Source: Octopus vulgaris
Taxonomy: Eukaryota
Length of the DNA: 64,000 nt
Direction of reading: 5' to 3'
Assembly: GCA_951406725.2 (NCBI GenBank)
Contig: OX597834.1
Location: 42,966,001 to 43,030,000 of the forward strand
Each line of letters opens with the position of its first letter. The stretch's first letter is position 1. The translations under genes and the position numbers were made by a program. Shown here in pieces: positions 30,277 through 42,489 of this stretch. Below the pieces are notes generated by a model. It searched no databases and had not been told where the DNA came from. It was given only the letters and a program-made list of their open reading frames with translations.

Positions 30277-30279
<3 letters not shown>

Positions 30280-30310
<31 letters not shown>

Positions 30311-30495
30311 TGCATGTATGTATGTATGCATGTATGTATGTATGTATGTATGTACGTGTGTATTTATGTATGTATGTATGTATGTATGTATGTATGTATG
30401 TGTGTATTTATGTATGCATGTATGTATGTATGTATTTATGTATGTACTTATGTATGTATTTATGTATGTATGTATGTATGTATGTATGCATGCAT
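30280..30495. repeat. (TATG)n array
   Basis: directly visible. Confidence 0.95.
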
Positions 30496-31239
30496 AGTTT
30501 CGTAGGTAGGACTTTAAACTATATTCGGTAGATGGGCTCGGTTTCAGGAGTTCTAGTGTTTCGCCGAGGCTGGAACGAACCACCTCTTTGCCACTAGTGT
30601 TCCCATGTATAAGCTAACCTGGCATAGCTGCATCTTTCAAGGTGAAAGCTATGGGTTTAATAAGCATGTGTGATGACAGTTCATTTGAGCACAGGGACGC
30701 AGAATTACTCTTAGTTAGCCCCGGGGTTCTCAGTAAAACTACCGGAAGTCAGGGATACTTACAGGAGACAGAGTCTCTGATGTAAAACCGTCGGTTTCAC
30801 CTGATTGCTGGTGATCGCGTATCGGAGTCTCATTTGTTACTCGTCACGGAGACTCAGGAGTATGGCTCGTGTTTTATTAGCGTTTATCACCGAAATCCAA
30901 ATGACGTAAAATTATCACTTTGTGCTCAACTCATTCGTCATTCTACGAGCTGAAAGTCCTGAGACCTAACCTAAGCGCACAGACGTTTACAACTTGCGTC
31001 CGTCTTGTAATGCTTAAATGAAGCAGATCTTCAGCGATAGTGAATAGTTATCTGCCAGTGCATGGCAGGGAAGTCAGAAATGCCATTGGCAACGACGATT
31101 CAAATGTCGTGCAACAGCATCGCCGCAAAAATGTAGATAACAAACTATGAAGGGAAGACGAATAACACAAAGAAAAATAAGCATATTTAAGGAGAGAAAG
31201 CAAGGGAGAGAAATGGCTTTAGAGTGAAAGACAGAGAAA

Positions 31240-31741
31240 TTCTTTTCTACTCTAGGCACTAGGTACGAAATTTTGGGGATCGGGGCCAGTCGATGAAATC
31301 AGAACGTAGCGGCAGACGAAATACCTATTTCTTTACTACCCACAAGGGGCTAAACACAGAGGGGACAATCAAGGACAGACAAACGGATTAAGTCGATTAT
31401 ATCGACCCCAGTGCGTAACTGGTACTTAATTTATCGACTCCGAAAGGATGAAAGACAAAGTCAACCTCAGCGGAATTTGAACTCAGAGCGTAGCGGCAAA
31501 CGAAATACCTATTTCTTTACTACCCACAAGGGGCTGAACACAGAGGGGACAAACAAGGACAGACAAACGGATTAAGTCGATTATATCGACCCCAGTGCGT
31601 AACTGGTACTTAATTTATCGACCCCGAAAGGATGAAAGGCAAAGTCGACCTCGGCGGAATTTGAACTCAGAGCATAAAGACAGACGAAGTACGGCTAAGC
31701 ATTTCGCCCGGCTTGCTAACGCTTCTGCCAGCTCACCGCCT
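31240..31741 (-). mobile_element. Multimeric SINE family A with two 184-bp internal units
   Basis: unit starts at 31300, 31484 and 31668; flanking direct repeat tgaaagacagagaaa (31225-31239) / tgaagcgacagagaaa (31742-31757). Confidence 0.9.
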
Positions 31742-32348
31742 TGAAGCGACAGAGAAACTGATGTAGACGGAACGGCAATGAACGATGATGATATAAATGA
31801 GTGTGTTATAGAAAGACATACAGACTGAGAGGAAATCAGACGGGGAGATCTAGAAACTAGATAGGTAAATATATTGAAAGAGAAAGAGATAGTGAGAGAG
31901 GGAAGGAGAGAAGGAGGAAAATATATGAAACAGACAGAACGACTGTGACGGCGGGAGAATGTGCAAGAGTAAATTGCATTCTAATCAGAAAATATATCTT
32001 AAATATCAATTTCCATTGATCACGTTTTAATGAATTAAAAATTAAAATAAAAAGCAAATAAAAGGAAAAACAACGTCTAGTGTTAAATATGAATATTTGT
32101 TTAAAAACTGTTCTGTGTTTAAGAAGTAATTACTATTAGTCTGGTGGTGTTTGATGAGATTTCATTATGGTGCTGCTGTTCTGGTTGTGGTTGTTGGCTT
32201 GCCTGAGCTTCATCACTGATCTAGGAAACCTGTTATACAAAGCGTTCCAAATGTGACCCTCCCGTCATTGCAGTAGTTACTAGGGCGCACTTTTATCTAA
32301 TATTCATTCACCCTACTCGCGTTTCCTGGTATTTTGTTGCGCCTATTA

Positions 32349-32985
32349 AGGCTGTGAGCTGGCAGAAACCGTAGCACGCCGGGCGAAATGCTTAACTGCT
32401 ATCCCTTTGTCTATCTTTCTTTGTTCCCTCTACGTTGAGCCCCTTGTTGGCAATAAAGAAATAAGAAACGTTAGTACGCCGAGCAAAATGCTTAGCGGTA
32501 TTTCGTCAGCCGTTACGTTGTGAGTTCAAATTCCGCCGAGGTCGACTTTGCCTTTCATCATTTCGGGGTCGATAAATTAAGTACCAGTTACGCACTGGGG
32601 TCGATATAATCGACTTAATTCGTTTGTCTGTCCTTGTCTGTTCCCTCTGTGTTTAGCCCCTTGTGGGTAGTAAAGAAATAGGTGTTTCGTCTGCCGTTAC
32701 GTTCTGAGTTCAAATTCCGCCGAGTCGATCTAGAAATACGAATATTGCTATTGTTATTATTCTTCCTGTTCATTTATGTTTCCAGTATACTCGTTATAAG
32801 GCTGAAAGCTGGCAGAATCGACAGCACACCAGGCAAAGTGTTTAGTAGTATTTCGTCTGTGTTTAAATTCTGAGTTCAAATTCCGCCGTGGTCAACTTTG
32901 CCTTTTGTCCTCTAGGGGTCTGTAAAATATACCCCTGCTTAACACCTCCACCCCGAACTTGCTGGCCTTGTTCCTGAATTTAATA
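32349..32985 (+). mobile_element. Cluster of SINE family A copies
   Basis: heads gagctggcagaa at ~32355 and ~32805; complete core at 32470-32720. Confidence 0.9.
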
Positions 32986-33084
32986 CCAATATACATGTTA
33001 TAGCTAAGGCTATAAAGAGAGTTATAGAGGGATAGAGCGAAAGTAAGAAAAGAAAGAGAGAGTAGAGCCGCAGGTATCTATGAG

Positions 33085-33290
33085 TGTGTGGCTTTGTGTC
33101 CGTGTTTGTCCCCCCATCACCGTTTGACAACGGGTGTTGGTGTGTTTGCGTCCCCGTAACTTAGCGGTTCGGCAAAAGTGTTCGATAGAATAAGTACTGG
33201 GGTCGAGTTGTTCGACTAAAAAATCCCTTCAAGGGGATGCACCAGCAGAGCCACACTGAAGTGAAAGAAAGAAATTAAAGAATAAAAGAA
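33085..33290 (+). mobile_element. SINE family B 3' half
   Basis: gtccccgtaacttagcggttcggcaaaag...agaataagtact. Confidence 0.8.
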
Positions 33291-34128
33291 TAAATCGACT
33301 CAGCCCCAAATTGCTGGCTCTGTGCTAAAATTTAAAACCGGACTGTTTTCATACCTGCTGACTTTAAGAAAATTACCATTATTCCTCATTCTTCTTCCTG
33401 TTGCACCTGTATCTACTTCCAACGTGGTCTTGTAGGAAAGAACGGAATTCTGGTCAATTTTTTTCCAACTGTAAAAATCCCCATTTTCGGTGTATCAATT
33501 ATTGGAACTAACAAATAATTTCTCATAAAGCGGTAGAATGCTCTTGGTAGGAAGTTTGGCTGATATTTCTAGCAGATCATGTGACCAGTACAGACCCGAT
33601 GTTATTTCACTGTCGTTCTCATGCTATTTCAGTTTTAAATCGATGATTTAAAATAATAAAATAATTCCTACGTATTCATCAAGTGACAGTTGTTATAGCT
33701 GCTGCTAGCGCTGAAGACAATTTTTGGCATCGATATCGTTGTAATTGTTCAAACAGTGATACGTTCTCTTGTTCAGGTCAGCCATTAATGTTTTGATAAT
33801 ATTGTCGGTCACTCAATTAGCAATTATTTTACTTTTTACACTGTTTACCGGTTGGTATTTTTTTTTATCGAATAAAATAAACGATGTTTGAAATATCAAA
33901 TATTAACAATTTATGTTACACTCTGAGCAAATACTTAATATCGTATCTTTTTTTTTTTTATAAATAGAGAATATTTTTTTCACATTGTACTTGAAGAAAT
34001 TTCTCATATTTTAGACATAATGCCGGAATCATTTGTAACTCTCTTTCTCTCTCTTTCTTCCTCTCTTTCTGTCTGTCCATCTCTCTCTCTCTATCTCTAT
34101 CTCTTTATCTGTCTATCTCTCAATATCT

Positions 34129-34193
<65 letters not shown>

Positions 34194-34341
34194 CATCTAA
34201 GCTTATTTATATCTTTCGGTATCCCTAAGGCGTCCACATGCCCGTGCGCACACTCCGAAACAGATATACTTATTTTTTATATACAATGCAACGCCCCTGA
34301 GACTCTCGTTGCTGTCTGCTAATGATGTATCATGTGTCTGT

Positions 34342-34721
34342 GGAGGCGCAATGGCCCAGTGTTTAGGGCAGCGGACTCGCGGTCGTAGGATCGCGGTTTC
34401 GATTCCCAGACCGGTCGTTGTGAGTGTTTATTGAGCGAAAACACCTAAAGCTCCACAAGGCTCCGGCGGGGATGGTGGTGATCCCTGCTGTACTCTTTCA
34501 CCACAACTTTCTCTCACTCTTACTTCCTGTTTCTGTTGTACCTGTATTTCAAAGGGCCGGCCTTGTCACTCTCTGTGTCACGCTGAATATCCCCGAGAAC
34601 TACGTTAAGGGTACACGTGTCTGTGGAGTGCTCAGCCACTTACACGTTAATTTCACGAGCAGGCTGTGCCGTTGATCGGATCAACCGGAACCCTCGTCGT
34701 CGTAACCGACGGAGTGCTTCC
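34342..34721 (+). mobile_element. SINE family C, full length with TSD
   Basis: tRNA-like head ggaggcgcaatggcccagtg...gtttcgattccc; 13-bp TSD atcatgtgtctgt (34329-34341) / atcatgtgtctat (34722-34734). Confidence 0.9.
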
Positions 34722-34970
34722 ATCATGTGTCTATATGAATTTATGAAATTCAGAGTACTCGAAATATTATCGTGCATAGAGAAGACCAGGATACAAAGTA
34801 TTCCTAATTCTACCTGTAGATAGTCTGTATATTTAATTCGTTGCTTTGATACAAATATTCCATGTTTCGCCGTAAATGGCTCAATTATTTACCAGAATTA
34901 AATTTGTTAACTGAGTTGATTTCCACGTCACTCTGTTCTTTAGTTCTCCCACGATGTCTAAACTCCTTAT

Positions 34971-35355
34971 GGCGGCAAGATGGCAGAAACGTTAGCACGC
35001 CGGGCGAAATGCTTAGCAGTATTTCGTCTGTCGCGACGTTCTGAGTTCAAATTCCGCCGAGGTCAACTCTGCCTTTCATCCTTTCGGGGTCGATTAAATA
35101 AGTACCAGTTACGCACAGGGGTCGATATAATCGACTTAATCCGTGTGTCTGTCCTTGTTTGTCCTTGTGGGTAGTAAAGAAATAGGCATTTCGTCTGTCT
35201 TTATGTTCTGAGTTCAAATTACACCGAGGTTGACTTTGCCTTTCATCATTTCAGGGTCGATAAATTAAGCACCCGTTGCGTAATGGGGTCGATCTAATCG
35301 ATTGGCCCTTCCTAACCCCAATTTTCGGGCCTTGAGCCTAGAGTAGAAAAGAAAA
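34971..35355 (+). mobile_element. Dimeric SINE family A with TSD
   Basis: two core copies; 16-bp TSD atgtctaaactcctta (34954-34969) / atgtataaactcctta (35357-35372). Confidence 0.9.
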
Positions 35356-35449
35356 CATGTATAAACTCCTTACATATAGATGTGTTTGTGGTTATGTTCG
35401 GGAATGAGACATAATACTGCAACCCAACGAAGTTGCTCTTCATCTTCTT

Positions 35450-35705
35450 CCGCCGAGGTTGACTTCGCCCTTCAGCCTTTAACGGTCAGTGAATTACGAA
35501 AAGAACCGGGGTCGATGTAAGTAACTGTCCACCACCACCGTTCCCCTACCAATTTTTTTTACGTTCTGACTTGAAATGCTGCCGTGGTCGAAGTTAGCTT
35601 CCACCCTTTCAAGATTGATAACATAAATACCTGTTGACTACTGGTGACGATGTCATTGACTAGACTTCTCCCCTGCACTTGCTGGCCTAGTGCAAAACTT
35701 TGACA
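35450..35705 (+). mobile_element. Two degraded SINE family A fragments
   Basis: ccgccgaggttgacttcgcc... and acgttctgacttgaaat... Confidence 0.6.
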
Positions 35706-35717
35706 CCATTATTATCA

Positions 35718-35802
<85 letters not shown>

Positions 35803-35947
35803 CATTATTACCGATAATATTGTTTACTAACACTTTATCTGATATTTATTTGGCAACTCCTTACTACCAAGTGAAGGTCATATTATATATTGAGACAGAC
35901 ATTCGTTTTGTTTTTTCTACACACACACACATACATATATATATGAA

Positions 35948-36011
<64 letters not shown>

Positions 36012-36072
36012 TTATGTATACATATACAGATACATATATAATATACATATATAATATATATATATATAATAT

Positions 36073-36150
<78 letters not shown>

Positions 36151-36602
36151 ATATATATATATATATATGTGTGTGTGTATATCTATCTATATACATATAT
36201 ATCCTTTCTAATTAACAAATAATAGAATAAGAAATGGAATTTTGAAAAAAAATATTAAAAAGAAGAGAAATGTTTTTTTCATTTCAATAATTGCTTTCTT
36301 TGTTACAGCTCCGTATAGAGTTGTCGTTCTTTGTTCAATTTCTGTGAACTTTCTAAGTTCACAATTGATCTTTTAGTTAATTGGAATAAACACACACATA
36401 CACATACGCACACATACATGTGCACTAAAATTCATGCATGCACACACTTATATATTTGCATACACAGCTACACACACAGGCACTGATATATCGACACACC
36501 TATGCAATAAATACGCAGGCAGATACACGTACATCAACATAACATTCACACATGCGTAGACACATCTATAGTCTCGCAGCTGTATTATATTCTTCTGTAT
36601 GT

Positions 36603-36634
<32 letters not shown>

Positions 36635-36701
36635 TAATATATATGTATCTGTATATGTATGTATATGTATACATAAATATATATATAATAATGATAATAA
36701 T

Positions 36702-37034
36702 AACAAGAGCTCCCAGGGAGCGCACACCTCCGCCAAGGCAACACCAATGGCCTCTCAACTATTAGCCAGAGATAATTTCTAGAATGAGAATATCTGAAAT
36801 AAACTCGGCTGCTCGACGAGAATACAAAAAAAAAATGAACCCGACCGCTCTAAAAAAATTAAGAAAAAAAATACAGGAAAAATAATCCAGAATTATTGTC
36901 CGCAAACGGATCGATCCCAAAATCTAATTAGTTCGTGCGTGTCACGAGCCTAAACATCTCTGAGCGTTCCATCGAAATCCATGCAGCGGTTCTTGAGCTA
37001 TCTTGTAATTCTGCCTTCGCTAAGGTGGAGGTAA
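36702..37034 (-). mobile_element. Non-autonomous Helentron-like (HINE/DINE-type) element
   Basis: sub-terminal inverted repeats acctccgcc (36726-36734) / ggtggaggt (37024-37032); hairpin gctcc-cag-ggagc next to terminal aacaag; A-runs at both ends. Confidence 0.65.
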
Positions 37035-37719
37035 AAATAATAATGAAAAAGCGTCGGACTTTTGATGCATACCCCGCACGCAGAAAAATGTTATCGCAAA
37101 CTATAGAGTGGCTAACAAGGCGCTGCTTATCCATGCTTTTTAATCGAAGCTAATCTTTGTAAGTGTTTGACTGAAAGAGGATTAGAAGCCTAAGTACAGT
37201 AAAATTAAGAAATCCCCCCGTAAATAAAGAAACTCTCGAATCCATCACTGTATACCCGCACAAACACACACACTCTCTCACACACGCAGTCGCATATCTA
37301 TGTACGTATGCATGTATATATGTACCCGCACGTATCTTCGTGCATAGGTACACATTGATCTATACACACGCAGATGTATGTCGATTAATATGAAAAAGAA
37401 AATATTGCATAGAATTTCAGAAGTGTTTTCAACGTCTCACAATAATGACAGGTGAAGCAAATGTAGTGTAGTTCATTGTAGGAAATAAATAATATGACCA
37501 CTTGCTTATCGGTAAATTTGGAAGTTCGATTCAAATTATTAATTTTTTTTTAAGTATCACCATTATAGACATTTATACTCCGGTGAAATAAGAAATCAAC
37601 TCGTATATAAACGAAAGCCTCGAATCCATCACTATACATACGCAGACACATACACAGTCACACGTCCCCCCCACGCACACACACAGTCGCATACCCATGT
37701 ATGCATTAATATATGTTTG

Positions 37720-37895
37720 AAGATAATCAAACCAAGTTTACATCATTTCGAGACACTCACCCAAAGAGTATTTCTGCCAAAATTGGTGAAAATCCCTTCA
37801 GCCGTTTTCCACTAATTTTGCAAAGACACACACAAACAGAAAAAAAGTCGAGTGATTACAAGACTCTGCTTTCGCTTACGTGCACAGGGTGATAA
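37720..37895 (-). mobile_element. Possible second Helentron-like fragment
   Basis: ccaaaattggtgaaaatcc...cagccgttt, short (CA) tract, then ctctgc...gcacagggt inverted end; recalled pattern only. Confidence 0.35.
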
Positions 37896-37934
37896 TAAGA
37901 ATTGTAATAATAATAATAATCATATTAATAATAA

Positions 37935-37996
37935 AGGAGTTGCTGTCAGGCTGGAAGTGATCCAGAAGACAGCATTGTTGGGTACAGCTCGCATTC
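37935..37996 (+). mobile_element. Dong/R4-clade LINE C-terminal stub
   Basis: encodes VRLEVIQKTALLGTARI, matching the recalled Dong/R4 C-terminal motif; preceded by degenerate (TAA)n. Confidence 0.75.
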
Positions 37997-38112
37997 ACAT
38001 GGTTCCTGGTTCAGTCCCATTACGCGGCACCTTGTGCAAGTGTCTTCTTATATCGTCTCGGAATGAACAAAGCCTTTTGAATGGATCTGATTGTCGTAAA
38101 TTATCTCTCTCT

Positions 38113-38167
<55 letters not shown>

Positions 38168-38475
38168 CGTGATGACCGTGACCGACCAGGCTGTCAGATG
38201 TTGCTACACATCGCTGGTCACAATGCGCTTCGCATTGTTTTAGCCTTCAAATGAGGCCACCCCGCTGGCTAAGCGAGCAGGCCAACAAAAGAAAGAGTGA
38301 GAGAAATTTGTGGCAGAAAAGTACAGCAGGGATCGCCACCACACCCTGTCGGAAGGAGCTCGTGGAGCTTTTAGGTGTTTTCGCTCAATAAACACTCACA
38401 ACGCCCGATCTGGGAAACGAAACTGCGATCCTACAATCACGAGTCCGCTGTTCTAACCACTGGGCCATTGCGCCT

Positions 38476-38519
<44 letters not shown>

Positions 38520-38765
38520 GTATGTATGTATTTGTGTGAGTGTTGTATGTGTGTCTTTGTGTCTGTGTTACTCCTCCGTCAGCGCTTGACAACCAGTGTT
38601 GGTGTGTTTAGGTACCTGTAGCTTAGCGGTTCGTTAAAAGAGACTGACGAAATAAGTACTAAGCTTAGGAATAACACTTGAGATCGATTGGTTTGATTAA
38701 AACCCTTCAAAGCGGTGCTCCATCATGGTCGAAGACAAATGACTAAAACAAGTAAAAGAATAACA
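37997..38765 (+). mobile_element. SINE family B split by a nested family C SINE
   Basis: 5' half at 37997-38100, 3' half at ~38550-38765. Confidence 0.8.
38165..38478 (-). mobile_element. SINE with family C head and an alternative (RTE-like) tail
   Basis: head is the reverse complement of 34342-34460; the 3' part differs and ends ...cctggtcggtcacggt. Confidence 0.85.
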
Positions 38766-39580
38766 GATTTCTGAATATAAAGTCTCTGTATTTGTATAGA
38801 CTGTGTTTCTTATTGTCGGATAGCATTCGGGGTCACCAAGAAAGTGAATTTTGTATGATTAATTACGTGCAAGATCAGTATGATATCTGTGAAAGTTGTT
38901 TTATTTTGCTGGGGATTAATTTTATATACAAAGACGTGAATTATTCATACTAGTAATAAGCTAAAACATCTGCTTCTTTAAAATATGGTGTCTACAAAAT
39001 TTATCGTACAATAAATATTTAATTTAAATTGCATTAAACTATACAAGCTAAATACCTGAAGAAAATTTATGTCAGTATTAATGCTAATATATAATATATT
39101 TAGGATATGGAAACGATAAATTCAATGTGTATGATATAGAAATAATAAGACCAAGGTGGTTTTAAAGTAAATATGTTGCCGTGTAATTCAACAAAAACTA
39201 CGTAAATAAAAAAGAAAAAAAAAGGTAATCGCTGTGTTATTCTTTTAGCTGATAGCTTCAAATCAATCTAATATTTGGATAAGTACACTAGCCGCAAAAA
39301 TCAATTTGTATTATGCAAGAGTTGTGGTAGTAAATATAAAGAAGATATCTTTTTGCTGAGAATATTAATTTTCAGGTAACATTCGTGCAAACAACGCGTG
39401 TAATATAGATAAAATTATATATTGTTTGTAGTTAAACTTTTATAAACAGAAAATGTATTTCTTAACCGATGTAAAGCTTAAACACGATCATTTAAGTTAC
39501 TGGGTTTCAAAAACAGCGAATAAATTATGTTTTGGAGGAAACCATGTAAATATAAAGCTGAAAATCATTAATCATGAAAA

Positions 39581-39945
39581 TTTCTTTTCTATTCTAGGCA
39601 CAAGGACCGAAATATTTTGTGGAGGGGCTAGTCGATGAGATCGACCCCAGTACGCTGCTGGTAATTAATTTCGACCAGTAAGGATGAAAGGCAAAGTAGA
39701 ACTCGGTGGAATTTAAACTCAGGACGAAAAGACAGACGGAATACCTATTTCTTTACTACCCACAATGGGCTTAACACAGAGAGGAAAAACAAGGACAGAC
39801 ACACGGATTAAGTCGATTACATCGACCCAAGTGCGTAACTGGTACTTAATTTATCGAACCCGAAATGATGAAAGGCAAAGTCGACCTCGGCGGAATTTGA
39901 ACACAGAACGTAGCGACAGACGAAATACCGCTAACCAATTCGCCT
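39581..39945 (-). mobile_element. Dimeric SINE family A
   Basis: two cores joined by the ctatttctttactacccacaa linker. Confidence 0.85.
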
Positions 39946-39994
39946 GTTCAAGGGACTGAGCCCTCCACAGACAACAGCACTTTTAATGGAGTCC

Positions 39995-40240
39995 TGGAAC
40001 GTTGTAAATAACGGAGTAAAGATTGTTTGCCAACATAACATGGCAGTCCTTGTTTAGCACGAATGTTGCTGTAATTTACTGCCATGCGACATAGTTCGAA
40101 AATATAGGGACAGAGATCGTGTCGTATAGTCAGCTGGAGACGATGTCTCCTGGAGCTAAATTACAGCAACATTCGTCCTAAACCAGGACTGTCATGTTAT
40201 GTTGGAAAACAATCTTTACTTCATTATTTACAACATTCCA
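39995..40240. repeat. Inverted repeat: 84-bp gapless arms, 78-bp spacer; MITE-like
   Basis: 39995-40078 versus the reverse complement of 40157-40240 gives 77/84 identical. Confidence 0.92.
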
Positions 40241-40358
40241 CGTTTTCAAGATTAGTGCATTATTTTCAAGAGATCTGTATGATCTGTTAAGCTGGATATC
40301 TTGAAGTAAATTATCTAACATTCCTTTATTGAAATCAGCTAAGTCTGTGACTGCATTA

Positions 40359-40417
<59 letters not shown>

Positions 40418-41579
40418 TGCCATTGGTGTACATATCTACTTGTTTTGACTTCTTTTTTATATAGTAATATTTTATTTGAGGAAAATTAAGATGGCACTTT
40501 TAGCAGCCTGTGTGACTGCATAGATGCGTTACGTTATAGTCGGTCTGCATTCGAGGGTATGTACTTCTATATTTAAGATGTCAGTTCTTAACTGCGAGTG
40601 ACGTGAAGGCGGTACGTTAAGCTTAATGTTATTTCAGTGTAAACTTTGGACACCTGCTCTGAAAATCCCCGTAATACTACATTAATTTGAGCTTCCTTTG
40701 CGTCTATTGTCACAATTTCCTTACAACATGGATATGCGAGTGTACGCTAGGTTTTTGTCCGGTTTGAGAGAGATAGAACAATAACAACAATAACAACAAT
40801 ATCACAACAACAACAACAGCAACAACAAGGAAGAACCAATTATGAAGTGCCAATATAAATGTCAGAACAAGAGAGGAAACTAATAAAGAATTCATTTAAA
40901 AATTATTTATTAATTTAAAGCAAATATTTGATAAAAAAAATTATAAGTTCAAGTAATTATGATATTTCTTTTATCATTTATTTTTAATAACAGTTCTACG
41001 TTTTATCAACAAATTAATTATCTTATGGATTGTTCTTTGTGTATAAAAGATATAAGTATGCAAATTTAATGTGTAAAACACATAAATATTTGATGAATTG
41101 TTTGGCTCAGGAAATTAACTTGATAATTTAAATTTGCTCTTAATAATCAAAAATAGAGAAAATACTATGTGGTAGAATCATTATTCGATGCGTTGGTGTT
41201 TGGAGAAAGCCAATTACATTTCTAGATGAATTACGTTCCATTCAATACATACATCTGCGCCACGATTCTTAGAATAAATGAAATAATTGAGAGACGTATT
41301 TTCTATGAAATTCATTTATTTCCATTTATAAATATTCTATACATTGTATATGGAGTGTGTAAAAGAAAATACAAATAAAAATATTAGGAGAATTAGACAA
41401 AACGAAATCACCCATTAATAGTGTTAATACCATGAACGGTTAACAAATATGTTAATATACACAGGAATATTTCTCGTTACTGTGTGTTTCAGTACACGTG
41501 CCCTATATGTATACACACACACATATATATATATATATATATTGTGTATGTATATATTTATAGATGTAAATACATATAC

Positions 41580-41621
<42 letters not shown>

Positions 41622-41681
41622 GTACTGTATAATATATTTGAAATATATTATATAATATATTTCAAATATATATATAAATAT

Positions 41682-42159
41682 ATCCTTAAATCCTTAAATC
41701 CTTAAAAATGTTTTAGCCCGAAGGCCGCGATCATGCTGGGGCACCACCGCTGAATGAGCTACACTAATATGTGAATCCACCTCTGATACATGGCACTTCA
41801 TCAACAAGGGAGTTCGATGCTGCTGCCCGCATCTGCGTCTCCTGTCGTGAGGTAGGTTCATCTGGGACTCCCGACAAGAAGAGATCCAGTTTAGTTTTAA
41901 AGAAACCCACATCCACGTCATGTAAGTCTCTCAGGCATTTAGAGAGGATGTTAAAGAGCTGTGGTCCTCTGAAACCCAAGCTGTTGCAGTATCTGGACCT
42001 GTATTTTGATGGTGATGTTGGAATCTTTGGCACCATGCAGTGGCGCCCCGTTCTGCGGTTGGGGTAACTTTGAATGCCAAGTTTGGGACAAGACCCTCCA
42101 GGATTTTCCAAATGTATATCACCGCATATCTCTCCCGCCTCCGCTCTAGGGAGAAGAGG

Positions 42160-42160
<1 letters not shown>
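41682..42160 (-). mobile_element. 5'-truncated CR1/L2-group LINE 3' end
   Basis: LFSLERRRERYAVIYIWKILEGLVPN, frameshift, then RGPQLFNIL...FKTKLDLFLSGVPDEP; stop at 41764; terminal 8-mer (TTAAGGAT)x3; lies within TA-rich DNA. Confidence 0.85.
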
Positions 42161-42192
<32 letters not shown>

Positions 42193-42489
42193 TATATATA
42201 GATGGATGAATTGATATATAGATCTATAGATGCATATAAGTATATGTACATCTGTATGCATGCTTGTATGTATCTCTCCCACTCTCGTACTCTCTATGTA
42301 TATACAAGGTGGAACATAAACATCTCCCACATTGGAGTCGGCACTGTGCGGGCTGTAGTGGCGGTAGAGTGGTGTGGTTGGGCCTCATTCTGTAGGCTAG
42401 TCGCTCTATTTCTTTCCTCAGCTATTATAATTTCTGTATTATATTCATTGTATCTATCGATAACATCAATTTTTCTATCATTTTCAGAT

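Noticed and set aside
30500-31075. GC-richer block with small palindromes (cagagtctctg, gagtctc...gagactc)
   Set aside because: Stems are short, with no ORF or termini; probably an unclassified repeat remnant.
31300-31668. Regularly spaced repeats reminiscent of a CRISPR array
   Set aside because: Whole 184-bp units repeat with no unique spacers, there are no cas genes, and the context is eukaryotic.
34342-34415. tRNA-like sequences (also at 1268, 49318 and 56235)
   Set aside because: They are SINE heads that continue into SINE bodies, some with TSDs; no complete cloverleaf.
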